From assembly GCA_951804945.1 (NCBI GenBank), contig OX638161.1:29698001-29762000 (forward strand): DNA of 64,000 bases, given 5' to 3'. The stretch comes from Podarcis cretensis (lineage: Eukaryota). Of this stretch, positions 40,101 through 52,863 are shown piece after piece. The notes beneath the pieces are model-generated. The model was not told where the DNA came from. It did not search any database and saw only the letters and a program-made list of their open reading frames with translations. Position 1 is the first letter of the stretch, and each line of letters begins with the position of its first letter. The translations under genes were made by a program, and so were the position numbers.

Positions 40101-43100
40101 CATTTTACAGAATTTGCTGACAAAGTTTTAAAAGAGAGAGAGAGAGAAAGAGAAATCGGCACTAGAGCAGTGGAAATACTGCATCAAAATACACTTCAAA
40201 ACTCACCTATGTAAACTAAAGAAAATAGGAATTTAGGCAATTTTTCCAAGTTAATTAGGATGCAGAATTTGCTAAGTGTGGGAAGAGGAAAGGACCTATG
40301 CAGGGCCAGTCCCACCCCACCCTGCCCCCACATTTTAACAGTTAATACATCGCATATGGCTGCCAATCTTAATGAAATACAGCATCCCAGTAATTAAGAA
40401 CAAGTGCCTCCATACACTTTTTTTTTAAAAGTATCCAGAGTACACATAGCCTCTCCTATATCCTAGCAATTGTGCCAAGGAGAGCCTGCTCCTTACCTGT
40501 GTTGGCTCCATCTGCATTCCTCCCTCAATCTCTTGGCATAACTGAGGGGTCTTCTCATTGCTGAATCCCGGAGGATATATCTTCACCAAATTACTGGGTG
40601 TCACATTGAGGTAGTGGTTGCGATAGGATGGGGAGAACACACCCACCTGTGAAACCCAAGGTAGGTATCAATACTGCCTATGGTACAAGGCACAATTGAC
40701 TATACTTTAAAAAATAAAAAAATAAAAATAAATACAACAATAGAGGGGCAGATGTTTCATCGCTGGGAAGGGGTAGTTCACAACCAAAGAATGAAATATA
40801 CAACCCAACTTCTAAAAACAATGAGGGAGATAATACTATTTAATTGGTGTCCTGGACCAGCTCATCTGAATGCAAGAGGTTTGAATAAAAGTGACACATA
40901 CAATCTCCAGAAGTAAGATGGACTAAGTGAGTCTCTAGAGCAAAGAATTCTAAGACACCTTTCTACATATTCTCATGGACCTCATTTAGAGCACCCAGAT
41001 AATAGTAAAGAAAGCTCTCTGGGAGTAGAAGGAGGAAGATTCCACCATCCAATGGACAATCTTTGGTAGATGGTTCCTGACTTGTCAGTTCTGCTTTCAA
41101 CTGACATTGGTTGCATCTATTTGACACAAAGCTAGAAGGGGTAACTTGTTTTTGTTAACTTGTGTTAATCTGGGGGTGATAACTGCACCAGCAGGGGCAC
41201 AAACAAGCAGAACTATCAGTCAAAAATGTCTGGATCCCCTGTAGTAGAAGGTCTTAAATACCAGTTATTCGTTATAATTTTTTTGCATGGAAATTAAACC
41301 TCACCCAGCCCTTGATTTCTTGTTTTCTAGTACCTGCTTTAGCAGAAGCACTGAACCAGCCTTAAATTCACTTTGTTTCTCCTCCAGCAACAGGCGATGT
41401 ATTGTGCCCTGCATTTCTCCTGCATGACAGAAGGCCAAACCAATCAGGTACAGGAGCACTAAATATACAGTGAAGTCAAAGAGGAAACACATGAGCGTCA
41501 CACACCAATAGCTCTCACTGCCCTTTATACAGGAACACAGAGATGGGAGGGAGAGCCCAGCGAAGGAAGGGTCCCAAGCACTCAACACCAGCCACATAAT
41601 TTGCCAGTGACCTGGAGCAAAGAACAATTGGTCCCAGGCAAATGCACATATCAGCCCCACCTAGGCTTAGGACTTCTAAGGACAACCTCAGTGTTGCCTG
41701 TTTATTCCTTGTGATGGTCAAATGAAAACATATCCTAGGAAGTCAAGAATGTGGTTGTGTAGGGAGTGGCAACTAAAACAAACTATACTGCAGAGGCTTG
41801 CAGTGAATGTTTATGCATGAGAGTTAAGAAGCAAACCATCCCAAATGGCCTACTTTTTTTTTTAATGCCCTGTTAGTATTACCTGGTAGCATAGAGCACC
41901 AAGGTTTCAAACTATGCCCACAAAAAATTGGTGCCAAAATATCAGTCTGCAACCTCAATGTGCATTTGTGGGACTAGCTCAACTGAGAACTTGCCTCAAT
42001 ATTTGCTGGACTGCTTGTTCCCTGGCAGATGTTGGATTTAAATCGGGTGAGGAACCTTTGTCCCTCCAGATGTTGCTGAACTACATCTCCCATCAGCCCC
42101 AGCCGGCATGGGCAATGGTTAGGGATGATGGGAGTGGGAGTTCAGCAACATCTGGAGAGCCAGAGGGTACCACTGGGAGTCAAAGCTGGAAAATGAACAA
42201 AAAGACTACTGCCAATATAAATTGTAACTGGAAATGCCAAGGATTAAATTGTGTTTGTATTTTTTTGTTTTGTTTGTGTTTTTGTTCGGTGCAAGTTGCT
42301 TTTTACCCAGTCTTCTTTTTTTGTTATTGTCCATGCAAATATGTTTTACATACGTATTTCCAATAGCAAAGGGAAAAAAGCTTAATTAATATTTGAGCAG
42401 TCCATTGAAAACTAACTCCCTCCAGCCATTGCCTTTCTTCTTGTTTCACTTCTGGCTTGAGAAGCCAGCCTGTCTAGGCAATTCTCCCTCCCAATACCTA
42501 TTCACAAATTTTGTTTAGGCACCTAAAACATTTTACTTAAGAATTTGAAACATTTGTCCAATTCTTTGCTGGCTCCAAAGAAGTTTTTTTTTTTTTTTTT
42601 TTTGAAAACCCCATGTCACAACTATCCAGTCCCTTTCCCTCAATCTAATGAAAAGACAGCACTCTCCCTCTCCATCCTTCACCATCAACACAAGGGGTCA
42701 GCAAAACACACAGATTTGCTCAGGGCTATATACAAGCTCCATTGTTAGGCTAGTGGAAGCCCGTGAAACAATTCCCAGTAGCACAATGTGCCTAAAGGAC
42801 TGTACCATATTTAGTCAGAGTCAATTCAAACACCCAGAAATGAATCAGACGGTGGTCATTAACAAACAAGGTTTGCCCAGACACCACAGGCAAAGCAGAA
42901 ACGCCCCACCAATAATGCATGCAGAAGAAGTAAGTCATGACACTGAACTCTTTTCATCCTTACCAGTAGGGTCTTTGAACACGGCGCCCGCGTCAACGTT
43001 GGTCTGCATTACCGACTTAATCATCACGGCCATGTTAGGAACCTTGTTCTTTGGGAGCTGCTTCAGGGCTGCCTGCATGAAAGAGAATAAGCAAGGGAAA

Positions 43101-46100
43101 CGCACTATTTGTGGGAAGTCAGGGTGGCAAATCTGAATCAGGAATGTATTAACTTTTGAGATTAGAGAAAAGGTGCCTGATTGCCAGAGCAGCGAAGGAT
43201 ATGGAAGAGGCCTTCTAATATAGCTTTCTTCCTGCCCTTTGTTGTACAGTGACACACAGTGAAAGGACAGCTGGCCAAAGAGGCCTCGTAGCTTGCTTCC
43301 TGATGGCTCGAGGTTGGTGGAGAGGACGACAGTTGAACATCAAGCAACCGCCCACACCTCACTTATCGCTTGATGCGTGGCAGGAAAAGAGGCAGGAGGG
43401 AGAGGCATGTGGGAGTTGCCTAGCCACCCATGTTTACCTTCTTACCAGACTAGGCCTCATGTAGTGGCGAAGCTACCTGCTCCGGCACTGACGTACATCT
43501 GGGGGCATGGTGCGTGTCGGGGGGGGGTGCGGCAAGCAGTGCACGTCCCGGGGCGTGTGCAGCGAGCATCCTGGGGGTAGCCACGATGGCACACCCCCCC
43601 CCCCCTGATGGCACCCGGGGCAGATTGCCCCACCCCACCCCACCTTTGTTCACCAGTGCATGCAAACCTGGTGCAAGCGGTCCTACCAGAGGTGTGGACA
43701 GTTATTCCCTGCTGTGTGGAGCAGATGTTGGCCTTCCCTGAGCTGGATTTAGAGTGAATACTAGTCACCAACACTTTCAAAGTGTTATGGAGGAACTTCT
43801 GTATGTTCTTTAGAAAATATGTTTATATGTATACTGTACCCTTGCAGATGGATCACAGTATATATCCCATCCAGATTACTGATAAGGTTATCCATGGCTC
43901 CAGTAATACTGCAATACCTCCTTGCTTCTAGGCCCAACCATTTTATCATCTTTGGCATTGGCACGTCACGAAGAGATTCTTCAAGTGAAGTGGAATTTCC
44001 CCACCTGCAAAACCAAACTCAGCCTTTACCTTACGAAGCACCATAACGACGCTGTATGTCCTAAGGAAGCAGGACGGATCTCTCTCGTCCAATCCCAGCT
44101 CCGTTTTCATGGCAGCCCAAGGGCCTCTTCCAAATTCGTCTTCTATTGGCTGCTGGGAAGGAGGCATCTCCTAGAGTCACACACACAATTCCAGTTTAAA
44201 ACTGACTTTTCACCTTACCTTTGGGTAAAGCACTTAGTCATTTGGAGACGACATTATCCATGGGAGCTGTTTTGCTCTACTGGGTGCATGCCATATTGCT
44301 TATGCTCCTTCCTTTGCTCACTCGAGAATCTCCTCCTCGCCACCTTACCCTCTCTCACACACATTAAAACATATTAAAGAATAGTTAGAAGAAACATCTC
44401 TATTGAAGCAGAACAAGAAAGTGCCTCCACGACTGGACCTATGAAAAATTTGCTGTAGTTCAAGACATGCAAGGGCTGGTTTCGGTTACTCAGTACATGC
44501 CCAGAGGCATCTTTTAACACTACCTGAACGCTTCCCTGACAGGGCTTGTTAAATGTTTTTCCAGGACTGCTCTGGCTCATGAGGTGAGTTTCTGCAGTTC
44601 ATCATCCTTAAAATTGACCTTATCTGTACAATAAGAATAACCAAGTGACGCTTGGAAGTACTAGACTAAAGATTTCAAGATGAGTTAGTTTTTCTTTTTT
44701 GAAATACAAAGAAGGGATGGAAACTTGCAGTTTTCTCCTGTAAAGGTCATTCTGCACAGCTGCTTCAGAGCTGGGGTTAAAAAAATTAATAGCCAGTACA
44801 GGGCACCAATTTTTACTAGGACTACAGTGTATGGAGGGGTGAGGTTTAACCGTTCCCTTCCTGTGCTTGAGCCTGATAAAAGTTACCCACCCCCCCCCCC
44901 AGCTTGGCTAGCAACACCCTGTGGCACCAATGGGAGCAACCATCACCATTAATACAGTAGTTACACAGTAAGGAACTCTTTATTGGCATCAGGACTGCAA
45001 AAGGCAGGGGCTAAATCTCCCATTCCCATAAAGTTTGGTTCCAATGAAATTCATATCCCATTAAATGAAAAGACACCAAACAGGGTTTGTAATTGTGCAC
45101 TTAGCATCACAGCTGGGTTCTCAGAGGCAACGCAGAATTTCCAATCCCCCTCTGCAGCGTGACTTCTTCTATTAAGAAAGGGAAGAGTAGAACCAAGAAT
45201 TACCTCCGTCCGCAGCTTCGCTAGAGCCCCATGAGTTGGTGTTTGTGGAGTTGTAATGAGAATCTCTTCTAAGTTTTTCCCATCAGGCTTTTTTAGGGAA
45301 CAAGGAAAGGAAGAAAATCTAATGAACACAAATTCTTGCCAGAGTTATGGACTCACCTTAAAGTATCCAAAGGTAGGTAGATCCTTCCCTCCCACCCAGC
45401 TGCATTTAAAAAATGAAAGCTGAGATTCTCAGAGTGCTGAATGTGGTAGTCTGGGCCCAATTCTATGCTCCCAAGGCAGTTACACAACCCTACCTAAACA
45501 CCTTAAAGCCCTAAACGGCCTCGGCCCAGTATACCTGAATGAGCGTCTCCACCCCCATCGTTCTGCCTGGACACAGGTCCAGCACCGAGGGCCTTCTGGC
45601 GGCTCCCTCACTGCGAGAAGTGAGGTTACAGGGAACCAGGCAGAGGGCTTTCTTGGTAGTGGTGCCCGCCCTGTAGAACGCCCTCCCATCAGATGTCAAG
45701 GAAATAAACAACTACCTGACTTTTAGGAGATATCTGAAGGCAGCCCTGTTTAGAGAAGTTTTTAATGTTTGATATTTTATCATGTTTTTAATATTCTGTT
45801 GGGAGCCGCCCAGAGTGGCTGGGGAAACCCAGCCAGATGGTCTGGGTATTATTTATTTATACATACATACATACATACATACATACTACTTATCAAAAAT
45901 ATTGGCATAGACTAAAATTATTAGCTTGACTTCCTGTCCTCCCTGAGTCAAAGCCATGTCCCAAATCAGGAGAAAATGTACAAGTTTTCTTTCTATATTC
46001 AGTTTCCCTTCAGCCCCAGTCAGAGGTCACTTTTTAGTGATTTGGTTGCGGAATATTTCAGCAAAAAATAATTAACCGAGGTTTCAATAATAACAATTAA

Positions 46101-49051
46101 TATTTTATCATTTTTCTATATTATTAATTTCATTAGCATTGTTTTTCTAAGCCACCACAGAGCATTTTATCAGCAAAGCAGAGCAAAAAAGTTATTTCAC
46201 ATGCAGGCACCCCAAGAAGCATTCAGTGTATTCATATAAGGAGGCAATTAGTAATCTCCATCACTAGGACAACCATATAGCAGCCATTTTGGAGCAGAGA
46301 AAACTTAGGGAGGATGGCAGCTTTTATGCTCCTTTTGTGACATACAAGTGTGGGTGGAGTGGAGGAAATAAAGTAATAATATTTCACAACACACATATAC
46401 CGTATTTTTCTGTGTATAACACATCCACGTGTATAACACGCCCCCTATTTTGAGGGACTCAAATTTATGAAAATGGGGAAGATGACCCCCGTGTATAAGA
46501 AGACCCCTGTTTAAAAACATTATGGTAAAGGTAAAGGGAACCCTAGCCGTTAGGTCCAGTCGCGAATGACTCTGGGGTTGCGGCGTTCAACTCGCTTTAC
46601 TGGCCGAGGGAGCCGGCGTACAGCTTCCAGGTCATGTGGCCAGCATGACAAAGCCGCTTCTGGTGAACCAAAGCAGTGCACGGAAACGCTATTTACTGCT
46701 GGAGCGGTACCTATTTATCTACTTGTACTTTGACATGCTTTCGAACGGCTAGCTTGGCAGGAACAGGGACCGAGCAACAGGAGCTCACCCCGTTGCGGGG
46801 ATTCGAACAGCCAACCTTCTGATCGGCAAGCCCTAGGCTCTGTGGTTTAAACACTATTTTAGAGTAAAAAACCTAGTCTTATACATGGAAAAGTACGGGT
46901 TCCAAAGCATCCTCACTCCTTTGTACATACAGCAGGGGTGGCTAACCTGTGACTCTCCAGATGCTGCTGAACTGCACCTCCCCTCAGCCCCAGGCAACAT
47001 GGCCAATGGTTAGAGCCAAAGGTAGCTATAGTTACTATCTAGACAGCCATACACTCCCCATCCCCAACATAAAGATTGCCCTATTATCATGCTGGTCCTC
47101 TTACTTGATGTGGCAGAATGCCAGCAGGTCCTGGGAAGCGCCGCATCTTAGCCCGCAAAGGAACTTGGGTAACTGGCTCTGGCATCTTGTTGGCTGCTGT
47201 GACCAAACGGACAAGGTGATTGGTGACCACAGGTGACTGGAGGTTTCCGGGAACTTTAGGGTTGGCAGGTGAAGTCTCCATAGAGGTTGCTGGGGGACCA
47301 TATGCAGAAAGCAGCTGAGCACCAGAATTGGCTGTTCTGGACACAGAGCAGCTCTGATTGGGCATCCATGGTTTGTGTGGCCTTGTTGGGGTACTTGCTG
47401 ACTGAAAAGAAGAGCAGGGTCTAACCAGAGGCAAGCATGGGCTGTTGGATGCGGCAGTGGGTTTTTGCAGAGATGCCTGGAAAGGCCTGAGCACCTGGCA
47501 GCTGGAGTTTGAAAGGGCACATGTGCTGCTACTTAACCCTAGGCGAGACTGAGACAAGGAAGCTTCCACGGCAGGAGGCCTAAAAGGCAACTTTGGAGAA
47601 GTCTCTGCCGGCTGGAGATGGCTGATGACCTCTACCACGGGTTGTTTCCAAGTCTTTTCCAACTTTGAGGTCTCTGACCCAAAAGAGTCAGTCAATGCCA
47701 ACGAATCAACCACTCGTGGTTTCTTCGCTGTTGCTACACTATTATCTCGCATTTGCTCCCAGGACATACAGTTGGACCTGAAGGACCCCGGATATGACTG
47801 TGTATCAGACTCTTCCAGATCCATGCACGCAGCCAATACAAGCTCGTTGTCAATTTCCTCATTGCAGGGGGCACCCCCAGTGGGGAGCTTAGCTGGAGGC
47901 TGCTTCACAAACCTGAACCTTGTGTCTGAAGTGCCGCTCGATTTACATTCAGTTGCAGTGGGTGCCAGGTCCTTCTGAACTGTGAAGCTGGTCGCCAGAG
48001 GAGTCTTCTGGTTGCTTTTGACATTACCTTCTCCAAACCTTAGTCTGGAGCAGTTTTGCACCTGCAAGACTGGGGACATGGTCACCCTTGGCCCCTCAGA
48101 GACCGGAATGGTGGTGCTGGGGGCTCTCAACCCAGTTGAGAGGGGTCTAAGACATCTTGAGCTATCTGTAGGTGGATCCAGGGCTTGCTTCTCCACATCA
48201 TTCACAGCTGACAGAAAATCCTACCAAGAACAGAGAAACAGAATGCTTGTCATGAGGTGCCATCCCTCAGCTTTGTACTACATGAACATTGTGAGCCTGA
48301 GAGCCCATGAGGGCTTAAGGGTATCTTTTGTTTGCCATTTGGCCAACAGAGTTCTTCCATCCAAAGTCACATGTCCATCTGAAGTCGTCCAAAGTACACT
48401 TCGGCCAATAAGTAGAAACCTTTGCCCTCTCCACCACACCCAGATTCACAAATATTCTCTTACCTCATCTTCAAAGTCTGCCTCCACAGCAAATAGCTTC
48501 TGTAGACCACAGGCCTGTTGGGTGAGGGGGAGAAATAATAACTTAAAAAAATTATTCTATACTACCTGAATTATTCTAGCTACATGCAGTTTTTGTTCCA
48601 TCACAAGTCTGAGTGGGGTTTGGGGGTTTGTTGTTGTTTTGGTACACCACTTTAAGTGTCTCTTTTGGCTGAAAAAAGGAGAATCCAAGCATTCTAAACA
48701 AATAAATACATAACAGGCTTGCCCTTTTTTTAACCTGACCATCTTCCACCCACAAGGAAGAGTTTTGAGATATTCAAAAGACTGCCTGATAACTTTAACG
48801 TTATTACTATATCTTGCATTGTGTTAAAAACAATGTTTCCCGGGGTTTGAGGGGAGTGTAATAGCCTCGTCAGTCTGCTGCAGCAAACACAAGAGAGTCC
48901 TGTGGCACTTTACAGGCCAACCCCCTTATTATGGGCTACAACGTCATGGGCTACAGTCCTGCTGCATGGGCTGTGGCTATGTGTTTATAAGGCATTTGTC
49001 CTCCCTCTGGACTGCCCTCCTCCCCAGTCCCTCCTGCCCCTCTATTACCAT
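37148..49051 (-). CDS. HROB: Homologous recombination OB-fold protein (C17orf53/MCM8IP); 10 coding exons, ~677 aa
   Basis: complement(join(37148..37221,38501..38720,40497..40646,41334..41419,42964..43072,44030..44170,45204..45287,47105..48220,48464..48514,49049..49051)) = 2034 nt. Starts M|ACGLQKLFAVEADFEDE|DFLSAV. Conserved RRFPGPAGILPHQ and FGRGPW motifs. OB fold KVPNMAVMIKS...FKDPTGEMQGTIHRLLL...VGVFSPS..NHYLNVTPSNLVKIY. C-terminal DDLDQLLGELPDDFF. Exon 1 (contributes only the ATG, ccacgATG|GTAAT) and the exon 9 boundaries are the least certain parts. Confidence 0.92.
39281..39522 (-). mobile_element. tRNA-derived SINE, Squam3-like
   Basis: Reverse-complement homologue of 396-640. Confidence 0.8.
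45500..45886 (+). mobile_element. L2-type LINE 3' fragment with (TACA)n tail
   Basis: Highly similar to 9220-9570. Confidence 0.75.
46400..46898. mobile_element. Tc1/mariner MITE (CCGTATTTT TIR family) interrupted by a Sauria SINE
   Basis: TA-CCGTATTTTTC...GGAAAAGTACGG termini. An uninterrupted relative lies at 52695-52863. Confidence 0.7.
46524..46850 (-). mobile_element. Sauria SINE nested in a Tc1/mariner MITE
   Basis: GGTAAAGGTAAAGG tail and reverse-complement SINE body inside the element at 46400-46898. Confidence 0.85.
48862..48960. mobile_element. Penelope-like element fragment
   Basis: GTCTGCTGCAGCAAA...GAGTCCTGTGGCACTTTA...GGGCTACAGTCC resembles reptile Penelope terminal repeats as I recall them. 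Confidence 0.45.
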
Positions 49052-49089
49052 CGTGGAGGCAGAAGAACCAAAACTCCAGGGTTAATACG

Positions 49090-49650
49090 GTGTGAAGAAA
49101 CAAGGACGACGCAGGGATGCAGCGAGAGAGGGAAGTCCAGCATCCAGGCCCGCACCTCCGCTCACCGAGCTCTGCATTCGAACTGGCCGCCTCAAAGATG
49201 ACGAGCCGCCCAGCCCCCGCCCTTCTTCATTGCACCTGCGCAATAGCGCGTTCTCTCCCTGCCCACAAAAGGGCAAACGCTTCGTTTCCTTGACTACACA
49301 AGCGCCTAGAGCTTTCGCCCACTCAACCCCCGCCCGGTCGCCATAATACGGCGCTCTTCTACTACGTAAGCAGGGGCTGAGTTGGCGAAAGCTCTAGGCG
49401 GTTGCGTAGCCAAGGAAACGAAGAGTTTGCCCTTTTGTGGGCAGGGAGACAACGTCAGCGTAGTAGAGCGCCTGTTCTCGTTTTAGGCAAGGAGGGGATC
49501 GTCAACGTTTTTTGGCAGCTTGTTAAAATAACCTCGTTTGTCTTTAGCGCGCAGGCGCCAAGCTTCCGCGGCTCGTGTCCGTTCTCTGTCTGAGGGGGAA
49601 AGCGTGTTTCTCCCCACACGGACGTAAATAAGACCGTTGGGAAGAGGTCG
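49090..49650 (-). promoter_or_regulatory. HROB CpG island/promoter
   Basis: CpG-dense region directly upstream of the ATG exon. E2F-like TTTCGCC at 49313 and inverted at 49384, NRF1-like GCGCAGGCGC near 49549, YY1-like CGCCAT at 49339. Confidence 0.75.
49249..49454. repeat. 82-bp inverted repeat with 42-bp spacer
   Basis: 49249-49330 is the reverse complement of 49373-49454 at 75/82 positions with no gaps. Confidence 0.95.
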
Positions 49651-49829
49651 AGCTCGTTTCTAAAAGTTACCTTTAGTGTTAAGCAGTTTGGACTCTATGT
49701 CGTCAGATTAAGCTTTAACGTGGGCCAAGGTGTATTTTAAATATCAAAATGCAGCTCTGGAGCAAGTGAAGCACTGTGCCTCGGAGCATATCAAAAGTTT
49801 ATTTTTCTTTCACTGAGTAGCACGTACTT

Positions 49830-50250
49830 CTTTGGCGATCACTCGTAGCCAGTAAGATTGTCTTCCATGAACACGGTCTTAACAGTGAGTCCGTAAGTGA
49901 CTGTGGAGGCCAATTCTGGATCCACACACCTTTCCACAGTGGGAATATAGGTTTCCGGGCGGGAGTTGATCCCTGTGAGGGTTTGCCAAGTGTGCCTTCC
50001 TCTTAGCGCGTTTCTCCTTTTCATCCTGAGTTCGAGCGTCTTCAAAGCCCATGACACCTTTGGTAAAGGCTGTTCTCCAATTGAAGCGCTTGCAGGCCAG
50101 CGTTTCCCAGTTGTCGGTGTTTATACTACATTTTTTTTAGATTTGCCTCAAAGAGAGTATTTGAACCTCTCTTGTTGACCACCAAAATTACGCTTGCCAT
50201 TTTAAAGTTCGGAATAGAATAGTTGCTTTGGAAGATGGTAATCAGGCATC
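49830..50250 (-). mobile_element. RTE-clade LINE 3' fragment
   Basis: Minus strand reads MPDYHLPKQLFYSELKMASV..GGQQERF, an RTE ORF C-terminus. A related fragment lies at ~53880-54050. Confidence 0.7.
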
Positions 50251-50274
50251 CCCTCTTTTCTTCCCAACCCTATA

Positions 50275-50466
50275 CAGTGGTACCTCAGTTTACAAACTTA
50301 ATCCGTTCCAGAAGTCCGTTCTTCCGCCACTGGTGCCCTTCCACCGTTCAGATTCCGTTCTTAGACTGAGGTAAAGTTCTCAAACCAATACACTATTTCC
50401 GGTTTTGCGGAGTTTGTGAACCAAATCGTTCTTAAACCGGACTGTTCTTAAACTGAGGTACCACTG
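50275..50466. mobile_element. Tc1/mariner (Tigger-like) MITE
   Basis: TIR CAGTGGTACCTCAGTTTA/TAAACTGAGGTACCACTG. Confidence 0.8.
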
Positions 50467-52694
50467 TGTTGTATATAACACCAATGTCTCACAACAAATG
50501 TAACTGAAGAACCTGAAGAAAGAGACAATGCATGTGCTTTTGAAAACAAGGGGAAATTATTATTTTTTTAAAGAAGAAAAGGAGTGTGTGGCAGCCCCCA
50601 GTATTTAAAGAGCCCCCACTGCTATTACATCATTAGAACCAGAACATAAACCCATGAACCTATAAAAAGAGCAGGGGAAAAAATCAATGTTTGGTCCAGA
50701 TCCTAGGTACTGCACCCTCACTAAAGGAGACTGTATGAATGATTCACTAAATGATTGTAGGATGACGTGTGTACCTGAGCTTATGGTCTCAGATTCTCTT
50801 TATCTTATATGCTGCTTTATTACAAAAATGACAACTAGACTACTGATCCTAAACTGAATACTGTAGTTAGTTGCCCAACCAGCTCCTCCAGAACCCACTG
50901 CTCTCAACTCACTCTCAACTGCCTCACATTCAAACTCCCTTTCAAATCCTCATCCAGTCATCACTCACCACCAGAATTCCACACTCTCCCTTTCCCTTTC
51001 CCTCTCCTTCCCTCCTTAACATTCCCATAATAATTCTGATATAATTACCTTAATAACCCTATTACATTCAATATTTTATACAAGCGGGGCTCCCTATAAC
51101 CATACTGTTAGAAGCATTTGAGCTTCCCATTCCTGGTTCCTAGGAAATGGGGGTGAGCAAACTGCAGGTTCTCCATCCATGTTCTAAAAACCAGAGGTCT
51201 TCCCCCAAATGATCCTGGGAATTGCAGTTTGTTAGGGGTTCTGAGGTTTGTAGGTCTGTGAGAGGGAAGTCACAATGGCACAAATCATTTCAGTGGAAGT
51301 CATATGCTTTAAAGGCGCATTGGGTGCTCTTGAAAACATAGCATCATCGAATTGTAGAGCTGGAAAGGACCCGAGGGTCATCTAGTCGAACCCCCTGCAA
51401 TGCAGGAATCTCAACTAGATGATCCATGGCCGATGGCCATCCAAGCGCTGCTTAAAAACCTCCAAGGAAGGAGAGTCACTGCTTCAGGCCCTAAGGGCCT
51501 CTGGAGCAGGAGAAAGCAAGCTTGCTCTGTCCTCCATGTGACAGCCCTTTAGACTTTAGTTATTGAAAGGGCTTCATGGTGTGGATCTCATCCTAGTGTT
51601 ATGAGAGTGTAAGCAACACATTTCCCTCTCTCCTTTCTCCACTCCATGCAGAACTGCAATGGTAACCAGAAGGCTAGAGTTTGGAGCCCAGCCAGGGCTG
51701 GCTGTGGGCAGGATCCTTGCATTGCCAGGGGTTGGGATAGATGACCCTTGGGATCCCTTCCAACCCTGCCATGCTATGATTCTATCAAGCAACTAAAGGA
51801 ACAAAAAGATGCTTCTGAAACATTTGGAAATCATAGGAACACTCTCCCCACCAGTGGCTTCTATCTTCCTTGGGAAATAGGCAGGCCAGAACAAGGAGGG
51901 AAAGGCTCAGAGTTCAGGTAGGTGCAAATGCCAATTGAGTGCCCTATACTATAGGAATGCTTCCTTCCCGTGTCCCCACCCTCATGTGCCAGACTGCTGC
52001 TAGCATGGCTGGGAGCCAGGCGCCTGCTGATTGCTCCGTTTTCTTTGTAGGGAGGGAGCCTTTCCCCAACATATACTTTGTTCTGGCCAAATCCCTGGAG
52101 AGACGTGACGACCCTCAGGTATTGGGGCAGAGGGAAGGAAGCATTGCTCCCTCCAACAGGGGAGGCTGAGCCATAGCCATAACAGCTAGTTGCCTTTGAT
52201 AGGCAATTGTCTCACCCTCTTTGAAAGCCATCCCATCCAAGCTGCTCTTGTGGTGCATCTGATTCTCCTATGCTTCCTTGCTCCTGCAAGGAGATGACTA
52301 TTGTGAGATCCTTTGGTTAACATCTATCTGGGCTGGAAAATATTAAAGAATCAGATGACTGGTGAGCTTCCCTTGAAGCACAACTGATCAAAGGCAGGCA
52401 GATCTGTTAGCATCTTGATAAAGATGCTCAAAAGACAAAGGATCCCATAATACCCCGTTAGTGTCTCAGAAAAAGCTCCCAAGCTGATGGAGAAGAGAGC
52501 AGTTAAGTGGTCAGTGGGGCTCCAGGTTGCTGTTTCTGGATCCCACCACAGCCCTCACACCTCCTCCCCATGATCCCTCATGGGGCCTTCTCAGACATAT
52601 GCTGTGTCTGAACCAGCAGATCCCACCAAACCAAATAATCAAGGACCCAGTCAGAAAAGGAGTGTGCGCAGTCATACCAGAAATAAGCAAAATA

Positions 52695-52863
52695 CCGTAT
52701 TTTCCCATGTATGAGACTGGGGTTTTTAACCAAAAAATTAGGTTTAAAATTGGGGCTCGTCTTATACACGGGTAGTGCTGAGGGGTGTTTTCTTAGTTTG
52801 GAGTCCCCAAAAATACATGGGGCGTTTTATACATGGGGTCGTCTTATACATGGAAAAATACGG
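52695..52863. mobile_element. Tc1/mariner MITE (CCGTATTTT TIR family)
   Basis: TA-CCGTATTTTCCCATGTAT...ATACATGGAAAAATACGG-TA. Confidence 0.8.

Noticed and set aside
47625-48569. Plus-strand ORFs of 117 and 195 aa
   Set aside because: Antisense shadows of the large HROB exon.
48738-48742. Alternative ATG|GT start for HROB (ATG GTCAGG)
   Set aside because: Weaker donor and context than ccacgATG|GTAATA at 49049-49051, and further from the CpG island.
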